Assembly: GCA_032718475.1 (NCBI GenBank)
Contig: JAUCBJ010007936.1
Coordinates: 160,186 to 224,185, forward strand
DNA: 64,000 bases
Direction of reading: 5' to 3'
Source of the DNA: Nemertoderma westbladi
Lineage: Eukaryota > Animalia > Xenacoelomorpha
The position numbers and the translations under genes are program-made. Below, in pieces: positions 50,665 through 64,000 of the stretch. How positions within the stretch are numbered: position 1 is the first letter of the stretch; the number at the start of each line of letters is the position of its first letter. The notes below the pieces were generated by a model, which was given only the letters and a program-made list of their open reading frames with translations, made no database searches and was not told where the DNA came from.

Positions 50665-51675
50665 CACAATTTTCATGGCAAAGAAAGAGTCCAGTATGGA
50701 GTAGGCACAATTATCATGGGAAAGAAACAGTCCAGTATGGAGTAGGCACAATTATCATGGCAAAAAATTGACCAGTGGAGTAAGCACAATTAGCATGGCA
50801 AAGAAACAGTCCAGTATGGAGTAGGCACAATTATCATGGGAAGAAACAGTCCAGTCTGGAGTAGGTACAATTATCATGGCAAAAAATTTACCAGTGCAGT
50901 AGGCACAATTATCATGGCAAAGAAACTGTCCAGTGGAGTAGGAACAATTGCCATGGCAGAGAAATTGATTAGTGGAGTAGGCACAATTATCATGGCAAAA
51001 AATTTACCAGTGCAGTAGGCACAATTATCATGGCAAAGAAACTGTCCAGTGGAGTAGGAACAATTATCATGGCAAATAAACTGTCCAGTCTGGAGTAGGG
51101 ACAATTATCATGTCAAAAAATTGACAATTGGAGTAGACACAATTATCATGGGAAAGAAACTGTCCAGTGGAGTAAGCACAATTATCATGGGAAAGAAACT
51201 GTCCAGATGGAGTAGGCACAATTATCATGGCAAAAAATTGACCAGTGGAGTAGGCACAATTATCATGGCAAAGAAACTGTCCAGTGGAGTAGGCACAATT
51301 ATCATGGCAAAGAAACTGTCCAGTGGAGTATGCACAATTATCCTGGCAAAGAAATTGATCGGTGGAGTAGGCACAATTATCATGGCAAAAAATTAACCAG
51401 TGCAGTAGGCAGAATTATCATGACAAAGAAACTGTCCAGTGGAGTAGGCACAATTATCATGGCAAATAAACTGTCCAGTCTGGAGTAGGCACAATTATCA
51501 TGTCAAAAAATTGACCATTGGAGTAGGCACAATTATCATGGCAAAGAAACTGTCCAGTGGAGTAAGCACAATTATCATGCCAAAGAAACTGTCCAGATGG
51601 AGTAGGCACAATTATCATGGCAAAAAATTGACCAATGGAGTAGGCACAATTATCATGGCAAAGAAACTGTCCAGT
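50665..51675. repeat. 38-41-bp minisatellite, about 26 copies
   Basis: Consensus GGAGTAGGCACAATTATCATGGCAAAGAAACTGTCCAGT with short and long variants. Confidence 0.96.
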
Positions 51676-52579
51676 TAGACCTAGTAGCATGGTATTATTC
51701 ACAGATATGTGGCCATGAAAGTAAAGTGGCCCATACCCGGTTGTGTAAGGGCTGCCTCTGCGGGTGTATGTAAGATTAACCCCACACCCGGGGTGAACGC
51801 GTGAACTCAAGCCCGGGAGGCGGTGACCCACACCCGGGCGGATGTGAGTCAGCACGCCGTGAGGGTGCGTTATCTAGCGCCCAGTTTGTAAAGTGAGTCG
51901 CATGGGCAATAAAATTAGCGAGTTATGGGTACAAGTGAAAAATGTACAAATAAAATTAGTGAAAACAGAGAAAAAATTTACATTTTAGAGCACTATAGCA
52001 AGCCGGGAATGTTATTTTGATTAATTTTAATTAGGAATATATTCTTACAGGTGCAGAGAAAGAAAACAAATCAATATCCTAACGAACTAAAGTGCTCAGA
52101 TTGGTGGACAATAGAGAAACCGCATTAATGAGAGAGCGGGCAAGTTCGTGTTAGGCACTTTGTTTCGATTATTGTTAGAGGCGGGGCGGGGGAGGCCAAG
52201 ATGGACGCAAGCCCAGGGAAGTTAATGATAAGTGAAATGCCAGATGATGTGTTTGTAAGCGTTGACATTCTATAAAAAATGAAAAGGGTCCTCTTGGGCA
52301 TGCCCACACGTCCAGTTCTTGAAAGTCAATACATGTTTTAGCAAGTCGTTAGACTTGATAACTGTAAGAAATAAAGCTACTGGCTACTGACTGTGACGGC
52401 TCTCACCTCTCTCTGTGGCTTTAGGGCCTGTATCCCCCCCCCCCCCCCCCCCCGAGTTGGTTATGAGGCGAGATTATTATTGGTAATCTCGTATCGCCAA
52501 CTATATTGGTAAAATGCCACTGGTCCCATTTTCGGGTGGATAATGCAAGGGAATTGAATCCGCTTACACTGACAGTAGC

Positions 52580-52963
52580 ACGAACTTAGTTCCAATCGCA
52601 CATTTTCAAAGGCAAACTTAGTTCCAATTGAAAAGAATTTAGTTCCAAAATAAATTTTACAAAGCGAACTCAGTTCCTAATCGAGGCGAACTTAGTTCCA
52701 ATCCCAGAATATCAAAACGAACTTAGTTCCAATGGATGCGAATTTAGTTCCAATGTATGCGAATTTAGTTCCAATGTATGCGAATTTAGTTCCAATGGAT
52801 GCGAATTTAGTTCCAATGGATGCGAATTTAGTTCCAATGGATGCGAATTTAGTTCCAATGGAAGCGAATTTAGTTCCAATGGATGCGAATTTAGTTCCAA
52901 TGGAAGCGAATTTAGTTCCAATGGAAGCGAATTTATTTCCAATGGGTACGAACTTAGTTCCAA
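52580..52963. repeat. 21-bp minisatellite
   Basis: GCGAATTTAGTTCCAATGGAT, about 12 tandem copies at 52719-52963 plus spaced degenerate copies from 52580. Confidence 0.94.
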
Positions 52964-53169
52964 TGTTTCAATCGTGGGGATAGTCACGATCATGAATTCT
53001 ACAGATCTGACCTTCCCAGATCTTCCTAGTTCCCTGGCGGGAACTAAGATAATTGTCCCCCAGACAATTGCCCCCTGGACAAATGTGTCTGCCATCCAGT
53101 TCCACTTAATAAAACTTTCCGTCATACGTGGTTCTTCATATATACTAACTGAACCAGCTTCGCTTTCCA

Positions 53170-53505
53170 ATAAACCCAATTTTGCTAGTTCTATATGGCG
53201 TTTTTGTCTAGCCTAGTACTGCATTAATTCCTGGAGTCTGTTGTGCATACCATCCCGCATTCTTTTCCCAGCTTATTCCCTTTCCCTTTCTCTCTCTATA
53301 CTCTGGTTCAATAACATCCTTTCCCTCTCAACTCGTTCCGCTTCCCTCACAGCCCACTCTCTATGCTCATTCGCCTCTTTCTCGACCCTCTCTGCTTCCC
53401 TCACAGCCCGCTCTCTACACTCATTCGCATCTTCCTTGGCCTTCTCACACACTCTTGCCAACTCCCATTCCCTCTCTAAGGAAGCGCTTTCCTCCTCCAA
53501 GTTAT
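53170..53505 (-). pseudogene. Possible gag N-terminal coiled-coil remnant
   Basis: E/R-rich stretch (ERAVREAERVEKE...) leading to RQKRHIELAKLG, reminiscent of Gypsy gag coiled coils; stops present. Weak evidence. Confidence 0.3.
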
Positions 53506-53911
53506 AATACACGTGACCAATAATATATATGTAAAGTGGGCAATACATTGCCTGTAGTCTTACACATTTCTCTGGCCTCCAATCAATACACTCCCAAAAC
53601 TGACATGTGCTGGCCTCCCATTGGCTACTTATCACCTGATGTGTCTACCTCCATTAACTGCCCAGTTGGCCCTGTTGCATCATACCTTTGCTGGTATGAT
53701 CCCCCCCCCCCTTCCCCCCCTTTGTGAGTTGGAAATGCCTAGTGGAATGGATCCGCTAACATATTAGTCCAATATTATTTGAAAAATGTTTAAAGATTTA
53801 AACTTAATCGCTATTTTATTTGCTGTTTTAATCGCTACTTAACTTTAGACCTTCACCAATCTCCTTAATGTGACTACAGAAACAGTTACTTACATCCCAG
53901 ATACATATATT

Positions 53912-56900
53912 TGTTAGACTAATACAAATACTAATATCAACCGCAGGATGGCGCATGTAAATATATCTACTAATCTCATTTACAGTTTCATTTATATACC
54001 ACTAGAGAGAAGATAATAAAACAGTTTGTCAGAACCTTTACACCTTTCCATCCAACATTGGCGCTGCGAGTAGGGTTTCACATTCACATTTTACATATAT
54101 TAATTACATAATTTAATTTCAAATTACAATTTGAAATCTTACAAATCAAATTAACTTTGATAATTAATTGTGATTGTGTAACTCAAACTCAAATTACGGT
54201 ACAAACTTACGAGAATGGCAAACGCACCTGCAATGGGAACTATATTTACAAACAATATTGAACAATATTTATTTATATTTACAAACATTTGCAAGGCATT
54301 TAATCCAGATTCAGATAGATGGGACACTTATCTATTAATGTTCAATACAATTCTACGTACAACTACATGGAGAAGAGCCGATGGAAATTTCATGGAACCG
54401 AACGAAATATTACAGGCTGAAACAAACATGTTCATCGCCAATTGTGGTTTACAAACTTTAGATTTACTATCTGATTTGATGTTTCCAGCAGACATTTCTA
54501 AAGAACCATTCGAAAATTTAGAAAAATCACTTACAAAATATTTCAGAAAAGGTTAATCAAAAGAAGTCGAAAGAAAACGATTCATACAAGCGACTCAGAC
54601 ATCGGGAGAAAACATCACGGATTTCGCCAAACGTCTAAGAAATATTTCAAGAAATTGCGAATTGCAAGAAGCATTAGATGACCGTTTACGAGAACAACTA
54701 ATTGCTGGGGTACGAGACGAACATCTTGCAGCAGAACTAATACACGCGAAAGACATTTCATTTTCAGAAGCTTTGATTACAGCAAAAAATTGTGAAGAGG
54801 CATATAAAGTGGCACAATCAGGTAGGAAACCAGAATTTGACACGTTTCGCGTCACTACACAAAGTTCAGGATTTCCGAAAGATAAATATCGTCATACAAA
54901 GGTAAGATCTCCTTCATATAAACCTTACAAATCTACAGAAAATTACAATCAATATTCTATAACATGTTATCGGTGTGGGAAACAAGGACACAAATCAAAC
55001 CATTGTCGACTAAATCCTAACATTGTTTGCTCATTTTGCAACATAAAAGGTCATGTAGAAAAAGCGTGCATTAAAAAACAAAAGACTAAAAGTGTTCGCT
55101 TTCAGGACAAAAAACCTACATCCCATGATGTAGACATTGAGAATGTTATGGGAGATAACAATGAAGGAAACAACGATAACATATATTTGCAAAGTACGGA
55201 AATAAGCGATCCACATACCATAGATAAAGTACAGCTTCCAAAAGTGGATTCGATCGTGTTACAAACACGAATTAATGAAATACCTCTTACAATGGAATTT
55301 GATCCAGGGGCAAAACACAGTGTCATATCATACGAAATATACAAAAACAAATTCAGCAATGAACAATTACATGAATGTACATCAAAATTACGAGGATTTT
55401 GCAAAGGGATTGCGGAAATACGAGGCGTAATTTATGTTACAGTGAAAATAGAGAATGCGCCAGAATTGATCGCAATGCCACTTATTGTTGCTGAAAATTG
55501 TGAACACATACCACTATTCGGTTTGTATTGGATCAAACGAATGAAATTAATGGGTTGCAGCATAGATGACATGATAGAACAGGATATTACTAAGGTACAC
55601 CAAGTGATAAATTCTGAGGGTTACGACAAACGACTACAAAGTTTACTGGAAGAATATCGGGATGTTCTTACAGGCATTGGCTGTTACAAAGGGCAAGAAA
55701 CCTGCATTCGTTTAAAAGATGAGAATACGAAACCAAAATTTTTACAGGCCAGAACGGTACCGCAGGCATTCAAGGAAAAGGTCATTGCTCAGTTAAAGCA
55801 CGACATAGCAGAGCATAGATTAGTTCCACCTGAGTTAAACGAAAATATAGAATGGGCAACACCCTTGGTGGTAACTCCAAAGCCAGACGGTTCAGTGAGA
55901 ATATGTGGGGATTACAAGAGTACAGTTAATCCTTACCTCATAGAAGACCAATTTCCACTCATAACCACTGAAGAGTTATCTATGAAATTTCAAGGCAGCA
56001 AAATATTTTCAAAATTGGATATGGCAGCCGCATATAATCAGCTTCCCATAGATAAAAACAGTCAAACGTTACTAACATTAGCTACACCATTGGGTTTATT
56101 GAAACCAACCAGACTACCCTTTGGGATCACCCCTGCTGCTTCGAAATGTTTAAAGGTTGTTAACCGGGTATTACATGAAACTAAATCAGTAACATATGTT
56201 GATGAAATTCTGATAGGATCACCGAATATACAGGAACATTTCGAGACATTACAGTCTGTTTTTGAGGCATGCAAACAAGCAGGGATAACCTTAGGCCTCA
56301 AGAAATGTCAATTCCTGCAAACAGAAATAGAATTCTGTGGCCACATAATAAATGACAAGGGATTTACGGCTGATCCAAGAAAAGTGACAGCAATACAAGA
56401 GTTACAAATACCTTCCACGAAAAAGGAATTAAAAGTGTGATGGGTACAATGAATTATTTACGAAAATACATCCCCAAATATGCTGAATTATCCCATCCAT
56501 TGTATAAATTACTACAAGGCAATACATTTACATGGAATGAGAAAGCTACAGAAAGTTACAACTTACTTAAAACAGCTATTGCGCAAGCAACACTTTTACA
56601 CCATTACAATCCAGATAGGATACCATTAATTATAACAGATGCTTCAGAATATACAGTATCAGCAATACTTGGACAAAAAGACGAGGAGGGTGAATTTAAA
56701 CCGATTGCATTCGCATCTGAGAACTTAGATAAAAGACAACAAGCTTATTCTCAGTTAGATAGAGAAGGATTAGCAATAATATTTGGTGTACGAAAATTCA
56801 AACACTATCTGCTCGGAAGAAAATTCAAATTAATTACAGATAATGCTACTTTGAAACGGATATTATCACCTTCGAAATCATTACCAGTTACAACGATATC

Positions 56901-58637
56901 ACGATTACAACATTGGGCAGTTGAGTTAGCCGCTTACGATTACACAGTTGAGACAGTAAGATCAAACGAGAACATCACAGATTCGTTATCACATCTTACA
57001 CCGCCATCAGTTTCAACATATTACGACGACGATATTGATCTGCATAGTATAGATTTACAACGTAAACAACTTATTGACGACTTTCCTATAAGTAAACAAA
57101 ATATCAGAAAAGCTACACACACTGATAGTACTTTAGGACATCTAAAGAATGCTATTGAATGTGGAGAAAGTATTCATGGAATCAAAGGAACACCTCAATT
57201 ACGATTTTACAAATCGATTGAAAATGAATTAGCAGTTAATGAAGGTATAATAATACATGGAACGCGTATTATTATTCCGGAAATACTACGTACGAAGATT
57301 CTAAATGAACTTCATTCTGCTCATATTGGTGAAAAACGCATGATACATCAAGTATCAGAAGTTTGTTGGTGGCCAGGGATGGCAGAAGATATCAAACTTT
57401 ACATACAGTCATGCATTGCTTGTCAGCAATTTGCCAATTCGCCATCAAAGACGTACACGCCATTACAAAAGTCAACTGAACCTTTCCAAAGAGTCCACAT
57501 AGACTTAGCAGAATTGGAAGGATGTCAGCTATTAGGATTAGTTGATGATTATTCAGGTTGGAAAGACATACGATTAATGAAAACTACAACATCCACTGCA
57601 GTAATTTCCCAATTGAAGAATATTCTATCTTTCATTGGAGTACTGGAAATTATATTTACGGATAATGGACCTCAATTCGTTTCAAATGAGAGTGAAACAT
57701 TCTTTACCAACAATGGAATTACACATTGGACGTCAGCACCATATTCACCATCATCAAATGGAGCAGCTGAACGAATGGTACAAACGATGAAACAATCGCT
57801 CAAGAAACAAGGAAATGATAAACCAATGTACGATCGCATAAGTGACTTTCTATTACAAGATAGAAATTCCATTTACTCACCTACAGGTTTTACACCAAAT
57901 GCGACAATATTTAAAGCGCAGATTAAAAACCGATTACAACGATTAATCAACTATCCGGCCAATCCTCACACAGAAACAAAAGGAAAATTCGACACGGGCT
58001 AAGCTGTGTGGGTAAAGAATTACGCAAAGCAAGGAAGAGGTCAGGTTGTAGAACATTGGTTACCGGGGAAAATTATAACTCACCAAGGATCACGAGTGTA
58101 CAAAGTTCGCATTGGAGATATCGAGTTGAAAAGGAACGTAAATCAGCTATGAAGAAGAAACACCCCGTGGATACATCAAGAAGAAAGAAGAACACGTCTA
58201 CAACTTCCTCCATCTACAAATAGACAACCAAGATTAAGTCGTTTACAAGAAGGAATGACACATCAACGTCGAGAAGGAGAAAGGGAAGAAATAATACAAC
58301 CCGTATCGCAGAACACAGATCATCCACCACGAACTAATACGGTTACAAAAACTTTAAGAAGTGGAAAACAATACACTATACATATTTAGATATATATATT
58401 ATTAAATAATTACGCGAGATATATTTGCATGAGTGTGTTATACAAACTTAGCGTTACGTTAGTGCAAGTATCATTCATGGCGAGGGGGTATTGTTAGACT
58501 AATACAAATACTAATATCAACCGCAGGATGGCGCATGTAAATATATCTACTAATCTAATTTACAGTTTCATTTATATACCACTAGAGAGAAGATAATAAA
58601 ACAGTTTGTCAGAACCTTTACACCTTTCCATCCAACA
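53912..58637 (+). mobile_element. Full-length Ty3/Gypsy (Mag-like) LTR element 3, defective
   Basis: 146-bp TG...CA LTRs at 53912-54057 and 58492-58637 (one visible mismatch). Perfect 5-bp TSD ATATT. PBS TGGCGCTGCGAGTAGG at 54059; purine tract GGCGAGGGGG. Confidence 0.96.
54215..58200 (+). pseudogene. gag-pol of Gypsy element 3
   Basis: CYRCGKQGH...C / CSFCNIKGH...C; protease FDPGA; RT ICGDYK, LDMAAAY, YVDE; RNase H TDAS; integrase HSAHIG...CIAC, TDNGPQF, SNGAAE. Frameshifts near 54550 and 56437; stop at 58000. Confidence 0.92.
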
Positions 58638-58685
58638 ATATTCTTATATTTTTGAATCTAAATAAGGTTGCATTTTTATTCCAGC

Positions 58686-59089
58686 TTAAATAATTTTCCC
58701 CATGTACATAAAACTAGGATGTTCACCAGTTTTTTTTAGAATAATTTCACCGTCTTTCTTGAAATCCTTATAGAAAGTTTCATTGAAAACCGTAAAGTTT
58801 AAGTTTCTAAATAACCCTTGAGAATAGAGTCCAGTTGCTTCCACTAACACAGCCTGACACCCGGCATCTTTAGCAAGTTTCAGCGTTTTATTTATCATAG
58901 ATTTAGCTATTCCTTTTCGCCTATGACTACCTGCGACTCCAAGGACTTTAAACACTACCATCTTCTCTACATCAAAGTGGTCGAATAAATTTATCTCGTT
59001 ATGCAATAACTTCATTAACCCCAAGAGAATCCAAACACTGTAAGGCACATCGGCTTCTTTAAGAGACTCCAGTGCTGCCACTAATGTAT
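58686..59089 (-). CDS. Insect-type arylalkylamine (dopamine) N-acetyltransferase-like GNAT, last exon
   Basis: Acceptor TTTTTTTTTACAG; INLFDHF, VLGVAGSHRRKGIAK (acetyl-CoA motif A), EATGLYSQGLF, EHPS. AATAAA a few bases after the stop. Confidence 0.9.
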
Positions 59090-59952
59090 CTGTAAAAAAA
59101 AAGGTGCAAATTTATGTTATCCGAATCGCTATTTCAGATATTATATTGGTAGACCCATATAATATAACTAATAAAATAGATATTAATTTATTTATCATTA
59201 TCTCCTTGTATTATTTGGACGGTTACAAAGTGACATTGATACAGTTTAATTTCGGTCCTGTTTACCATTACCGAACAGTTGCTATTTGGTTTGTAATTGT
59301 CACCTTTCACCGCTAAATTATCTATCGAGCTCGACTACCACTACCACTATATCAAGCGAGCTCGGAAAGTGGAATTTCGTGTCTCCTAAGTCCAGCATCA
59401 ATTTGAAATCTTCATAGCAGGTAGTCCACAGCTACGCTTTCGTTGTGTTGGTTGCCAGAAAAGTAGATCTGGTATGACCTCATGCTTACTTCTCCAGCAG
59501 TCCAGCAGTGCCCACTGAATTTTAATCTGCGTCATCGAGAATGTTTGATAATCTTGTTGTAATCAAGTTGTTGGAGTTGTTCAAGGTTGTAATCACAACA
59601 AACAATACTACCACGAAATATTCCATAATTAGAGAGTGGGAGTGGGACAGTTTAAGGTACAGTAACTCTCGATCTAATCTAGAAAAAACTGTGGTGGGTA
59701 GGTTTTGGTATGATAAACAGACTTCTAACTAACGCAACGGTGTAAAACAAGGAAACATTTATTTGTTCCTGTACTATCATTCCTGTACTGTCGGCCTGTA
59801 CTTGTTTAATTTATATACTAACCGGTTGAAGTGTATTTATAGTCAGTTACCTAATGTTAGCAGGTTCATTTGTACAGTATATTACAAATTTAACAATAAA
59901 ACTACTACTACTATAAAATATTGTGACAAAGTTATTGCGAGAAATTTAGTAC

Positions 59953-60111
59953 CTCTATCTTCCTTTTTATCCAATGTTGCCAAACGGATACCCACGATTT
60001 TATCACCCAGATCGGAATCTTTAGCTACTATGGAAACACCACTTTCGATACAGGGAGTAATAATGAATTTGTCCCAAATTTCATATTCCTTGGAGTTTGT
60101 CATAGTCATGT
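59953..60111 (-). CDS. AANAT-like GNAT, internal exon (159 bp)
   Basis: Acceptor TTTTAACATTACAG and donor AG/GTACT; encodes IESGVSIVAKD...KIVGIRL. Splices in phase (G+AT = Asp) to the last exon. The upstream exon was not found in the window. Confidence 0.85.
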
Positions 60112-60682
60112 CTGTAATGTTAAAATATAATTAACATAATATAGAAGTTGATAGGGTAATTAATTATATGACAGTTGATATGCCTGCCTGTAAAGTCGTT
60201 TATGGAGTTTTTCAAGATAAAAAATATATGAAATTTTTTAAAACAATGAAACATATTTTTTATCTGAAAAATTCAAATTTTCTTCACTAAAATTGGTAGA
60301 AAACAGTGTAAAAAGTACACTTTCGCTCACTATTATTATTTTCCATCATTAAGTTAGTAACACAAAGTTTTCCTATCACTAATTTAGTGATAGAAAGTGC
60401 ACAATTTAGCTAAGTCGGCAGAACTCAGGAGCTTTGATATTATTTACTGAGTTCGAGACCCGGCCGCAGAAGTATTTCTATCTGAATGCAATTCATTACA
60501 ATTTATTTAAAATTCAATCGGATTGCAGTTATGGGTTTTTGTTGTAAAATTCGCTGCATAACGCATTCCATGCGAGAAGAACATGATAAGAATGTTTTAT
60601 TGGGGTGTTTTTCGATTGATCACAATATTTTGAGATATCTGAGATATTCCGCAAAATGTGTCAGTCAAATGAATAAACAATG

Positions 60683-61000
60683 TGGGGCGAGCGACGAAAG
60701 TAAGCGCGCTTAGCATACAGGTACCACTAACTCAATTCGTGTATATGTTGTGGGGCGAGCCACGAAGTGAGTGAGCCTTGGCGTAGTGGTACCATTAATC
60801 AACCTGTTGGGCGAGCCACGAAGTGAGTGTGCCTTAGCGTAGTGGTACCATTAATCAACCTGTCATTCTGTTGTTCTGTCGCTTTTTTTGCAGTGTTCAA
60901 TTTTAAACGTTAATATCTCGGCCAATCTTCGATGAAATCTATCCAAACTTGGTACACATGTTGTTTGGCAAAAGTTTAGAAATTTTCCAAGTTGAATTTT
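60683..61000 (+). mobile_element. Possible Helentron-associated (DINE-1/HINE-like) non-autonomous element
   Basis: Repeated GGGCGAGCCACGAAGTGAG head (about 60685, 60752, 60809), TCTGT-rich stretch, then AATATCTCGG...GATGAAA...AAACTTGGTACACATG. Pattern recognition only. Confidence 0.45.
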
Positions 61001-61744
61001 CGTGTGGCCTTCGAGAAGCTAAGATAATAGCAGTTAATTAGTTAATTAAATTGATTACGGTAAAAACAGCACTTTCAACCTGCCTGTTAAAGTAAATTAA
61101 TTATTTTACAGTATAAGACTTCAATAATTATACTTAACAATTATACAGATCTAATCCACATACCCCATTCTATTATAGTTTTTAATTAGTTCAAGTGTTT
61201 GCTTTAATAATTGTGTCTTTAATTGATCTAAAGTAATTAAAACGGCATAAAAAATTGATTCTCATTAAATACTGCTCATTTATTGGCCAACATGCAAGTT
61301 GGCTGGTATATAGATGGGAAGGATGTGTGTGTAAGACAGCCAGTTGCTGGGAATGCCAGTGGAGGGGGGATTGTATGTAACTAACCACTCGGCTGGTAGA
61401 GAGATTGGCCAGCTAGACCTAACGAGATTGAAACCTGCATTCCCTACCTCCTATTACATTATAGAGTCTGTGTTCTTTAATCTCGGGTAATAGACAAATC
61501 TCATTTAATGATTGTCAGTCAATAACATTACCACTGCAGAAGGCTTATATCCAAAATTGTTTATTTCTCAAAATATTAGGCTTATTATTTTTTGATGGGA
61601 TTTCTGTGTATTTTAATTGTCTAAGTTTTCAGAGGCATTAACAGTATATTAAATAAATTATTTGAATATCATTCATTACTGCATCGACTGTATTTAGTAC
61701 TGCGTCGATATTCCTATATTCCTATATGTTGATATTCCTATAAA

Positions 61745-64000
61745 CCACCTGGCTTTCAGTTTAAATTCTTTACAAAAATCCTGACAAATGCTAACCATAT
61801 GTTGTAAACCGGCCACTGATAGACACAGAAGAAAAATATCGTCGGCATATGCCAAAATTCCGAAGTTACATGAAGAAATACAGCAACCAATCTTACTAGA
61901 TCGTAAACGCTTAATTAGTATGTTAATAACGACGCAAAATAATGTAGGCGGGAGCACTGAGCCTTGCCTAACACCATTACTTAATGAAAAATGATTTGAA
62001 TTGACAGAGGCCCAACGTACGTAGCAAATTATTTGCGATATATATAAGTGTACTAAACATCTAACTATAACAACTGAAACGCCACTTTTCAATAGTTCAC
62101 AAAATAATTTCTCCCATTCAATTAAGTCGATTGCTTTTGTTAAGTCTAGTAGACACCCATTAACGGGTGTACCATTTCTACTGTAATAACCAACAACTTC
62201 TGTTACTGCCCACGAACACATTATCGTGCCAGATCTTTTTGTAAAACCAAACTGTAGTTCATCTAACTTGATTTTATCCTGCTGTGAAATAAGCACCGTT
62301 CCTTCAAATACCTTTAGAATTATAGATGAAATCGCTATTCCACGATAGTTGTTTGAATTACCTATGTCACCTAAACTACTTTTAATAATAGGTACTAATG
62401 CCCAACTAACTAAACACTTGGGTACGTAGCCATGAATAAGTATTGCATTAAAAAGAGTACATAAATTATCTAATAAAACGTCCCCACTATTAATTATACA
62501 GTCTGAGTCAAAACCGTACAATACGTCAGATTTACCACTTTTCAATCGGTTTAAAGCCGCCTTAACAGTTATTTCGGTAAACAACTCATTTGAGTTAAAC
62601 ATTTCATCTGCCCCCAAACTTCTAACTTTGCTTTCTATTTCAGACTGTATATGTGACAGATCAATATCATTATTTTGATTAAATAGATCGCTATATAATT
62701 TCCCAAAATTATCTGCAATAATTTTAGGATCCGATTCGCCATTGATACTAAAACTTTCTACCCTATTACATTGTCGAAATTTCCGTAACTCCTCAAATAG
62801 ATTTAAATGTCCTTTTACCGCCGCCGATAATAGTTTGTTGCATCTGAATTTGTTTGTCTGCTTTTTTACCCTTTTAATAGCGTATTTATAATGCAGATGT
62901 GCCCGGTTGTATTGCAAAAATATCTGATTATTCTGAGCTCTCGGTCTTCCCGCGGAAATCCAAACATCATACCAAAAACACATATCATCGCGATATGGTC
63001 GGACGTGTTCGTTCCAACCCGGCATTGGCTCCCGTTTCATATCATCAGTTTGCCTAGAACGTCCAGTTGATGGTAGAACCTCAGCAGCATCATTAATTGA
63101 TTCTAGAATGTTGAATGCGAAATTTTCCATATCTATAGTATGGCTTGACATTGAACACTCCCAACTGTTGCAGTCACTTAATTTGTGCTGATTCAACATC
63201 CCTGACAATATATCGCGAAATTCTTGTTTTTGTGTCGGCGATGCTTGTTTGAAACTGTATCGAACTCGGTTAGATGCCACCGCTGATTGATCTCTGTCAT
63301 CACCGCAGCCAACTCCATTATTTACCTTTAGTTTGCAATATATGGGACTGTCATTGGATAAATTATCCGCTAGGTGTAAATCACCCGCTTCCTGACACTG
63401 ATCGATTATTGAAACGCTTGATATGAAGTGATCAATAGTAGAAAAAGAAACATCATTTTCTGTTCCAAACTGATACGTGTAGTCGACATCGAATGTGTTC
63501 CATAATGTATCCATACTATTTTTATTAATAAACTCTGACACATGTTGAACGTGTCGGGTGTCTCTTAGAAAATCCGAATTAATATCACCCGCCAATATCA
63601 CATTTGGTGTGTTTTCTGAAATAATGACATGCTGAATTTCGTTTAGAAGCTCGAGTAGTTCATCTGAAACAGATGTTCTATCATCGGTTGGGAAATATGC
63701 GTTTAGAATAAGGACTGGAGCATTATTAATTGACATTTTACCACTTAGTTTGATCCCCTGAAGTCGTTGGCTGTTTATTGTGGTTGTTGTCTTTATATAT
63801 GGTGATAACTCTTTTTTCCAGAACATACACATACCGCCTGCTGGGCGACCTCTGTGTAATGCGTTATCTGATTTGTAATTTGCTGGGTTTACATGAAGAC
63901 CGTATCCTTTAAATTTCTGGCGAATTTTATAGCAATTATCTTTTAATAAAAAGTGCTCCTGGGTACATAGTATGTCTGAACCCAGAAGAAGTGTTTCCAT
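61745..64000 (-). mobile_element. RTEX-like LINE ORF2 (APE endonuclease plus RT), 3'-truncated, runs off the window
   Basis: APE motifs LCTQEH, GRPAGG, NAYFP, AGDINSD, TIDHF; PGWN; RT motifs NYRGIA, QFGF, GVRQGS, YADD. Similarity stops about 30 aa after YADD. Lies upstream of the visible AANAT exons, probably in an intron. Confidence 0.9.

Noticed and set aside
50665-51675. CRISPR-like array or repeat protein (GVGTIIMAKK)
   Set aside because: No unique spacers; unit lengths of 38-41 bp break the frame. It is a minisatellite.
52712-52983. Heptad ORFs (LELNSHP / MDANLVP)
   Set aside because: 21-bp minisatellite open on both strands by chance; no gene context.
59700-59820. RT-like crumbs (FWYDKQ, NGVKQG, LFNLY) in the AANAT intron
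   Set aside because: Too short and fragmented to call.

Overview
AT-rich eukaryotic (invertebrate, probably arthropod) genomic DNA dominated by transposable elements; nothing prokaryotic is supported (no CRISPR, rRNA or operons). Two host genes are visible. One is a single-coding-exon Cys-loop ligand-gated ion channel subunit (47163-48353, +) with an atypical pore and agonist-site sequence. The other is the last two exons of an insect-type arylalkylamine N-acetyltransferase (GNAT) gene (58686-60111, -). The TE content is a partly nested set whose ends and target-site duplications (TSDs) can often be read directly. It includes three Mag-like Ty3/Gypsy LTR elements (two full length with 5-bp TSDs), a Penelope-like fragment, two RTEX-like LINEs and three RTE 3' fragments. 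It also includes a decayed piggyBac, an internally deleted P-like element, Sola1, Sola2, an intact hATm-like transposase ORF, a mini IS3EU-like element, hAT MITEs, a tRNA-derived SINE and several mini/microsatellites, one with clear higher-order structure. Family names come from motif recognition, not database searches.
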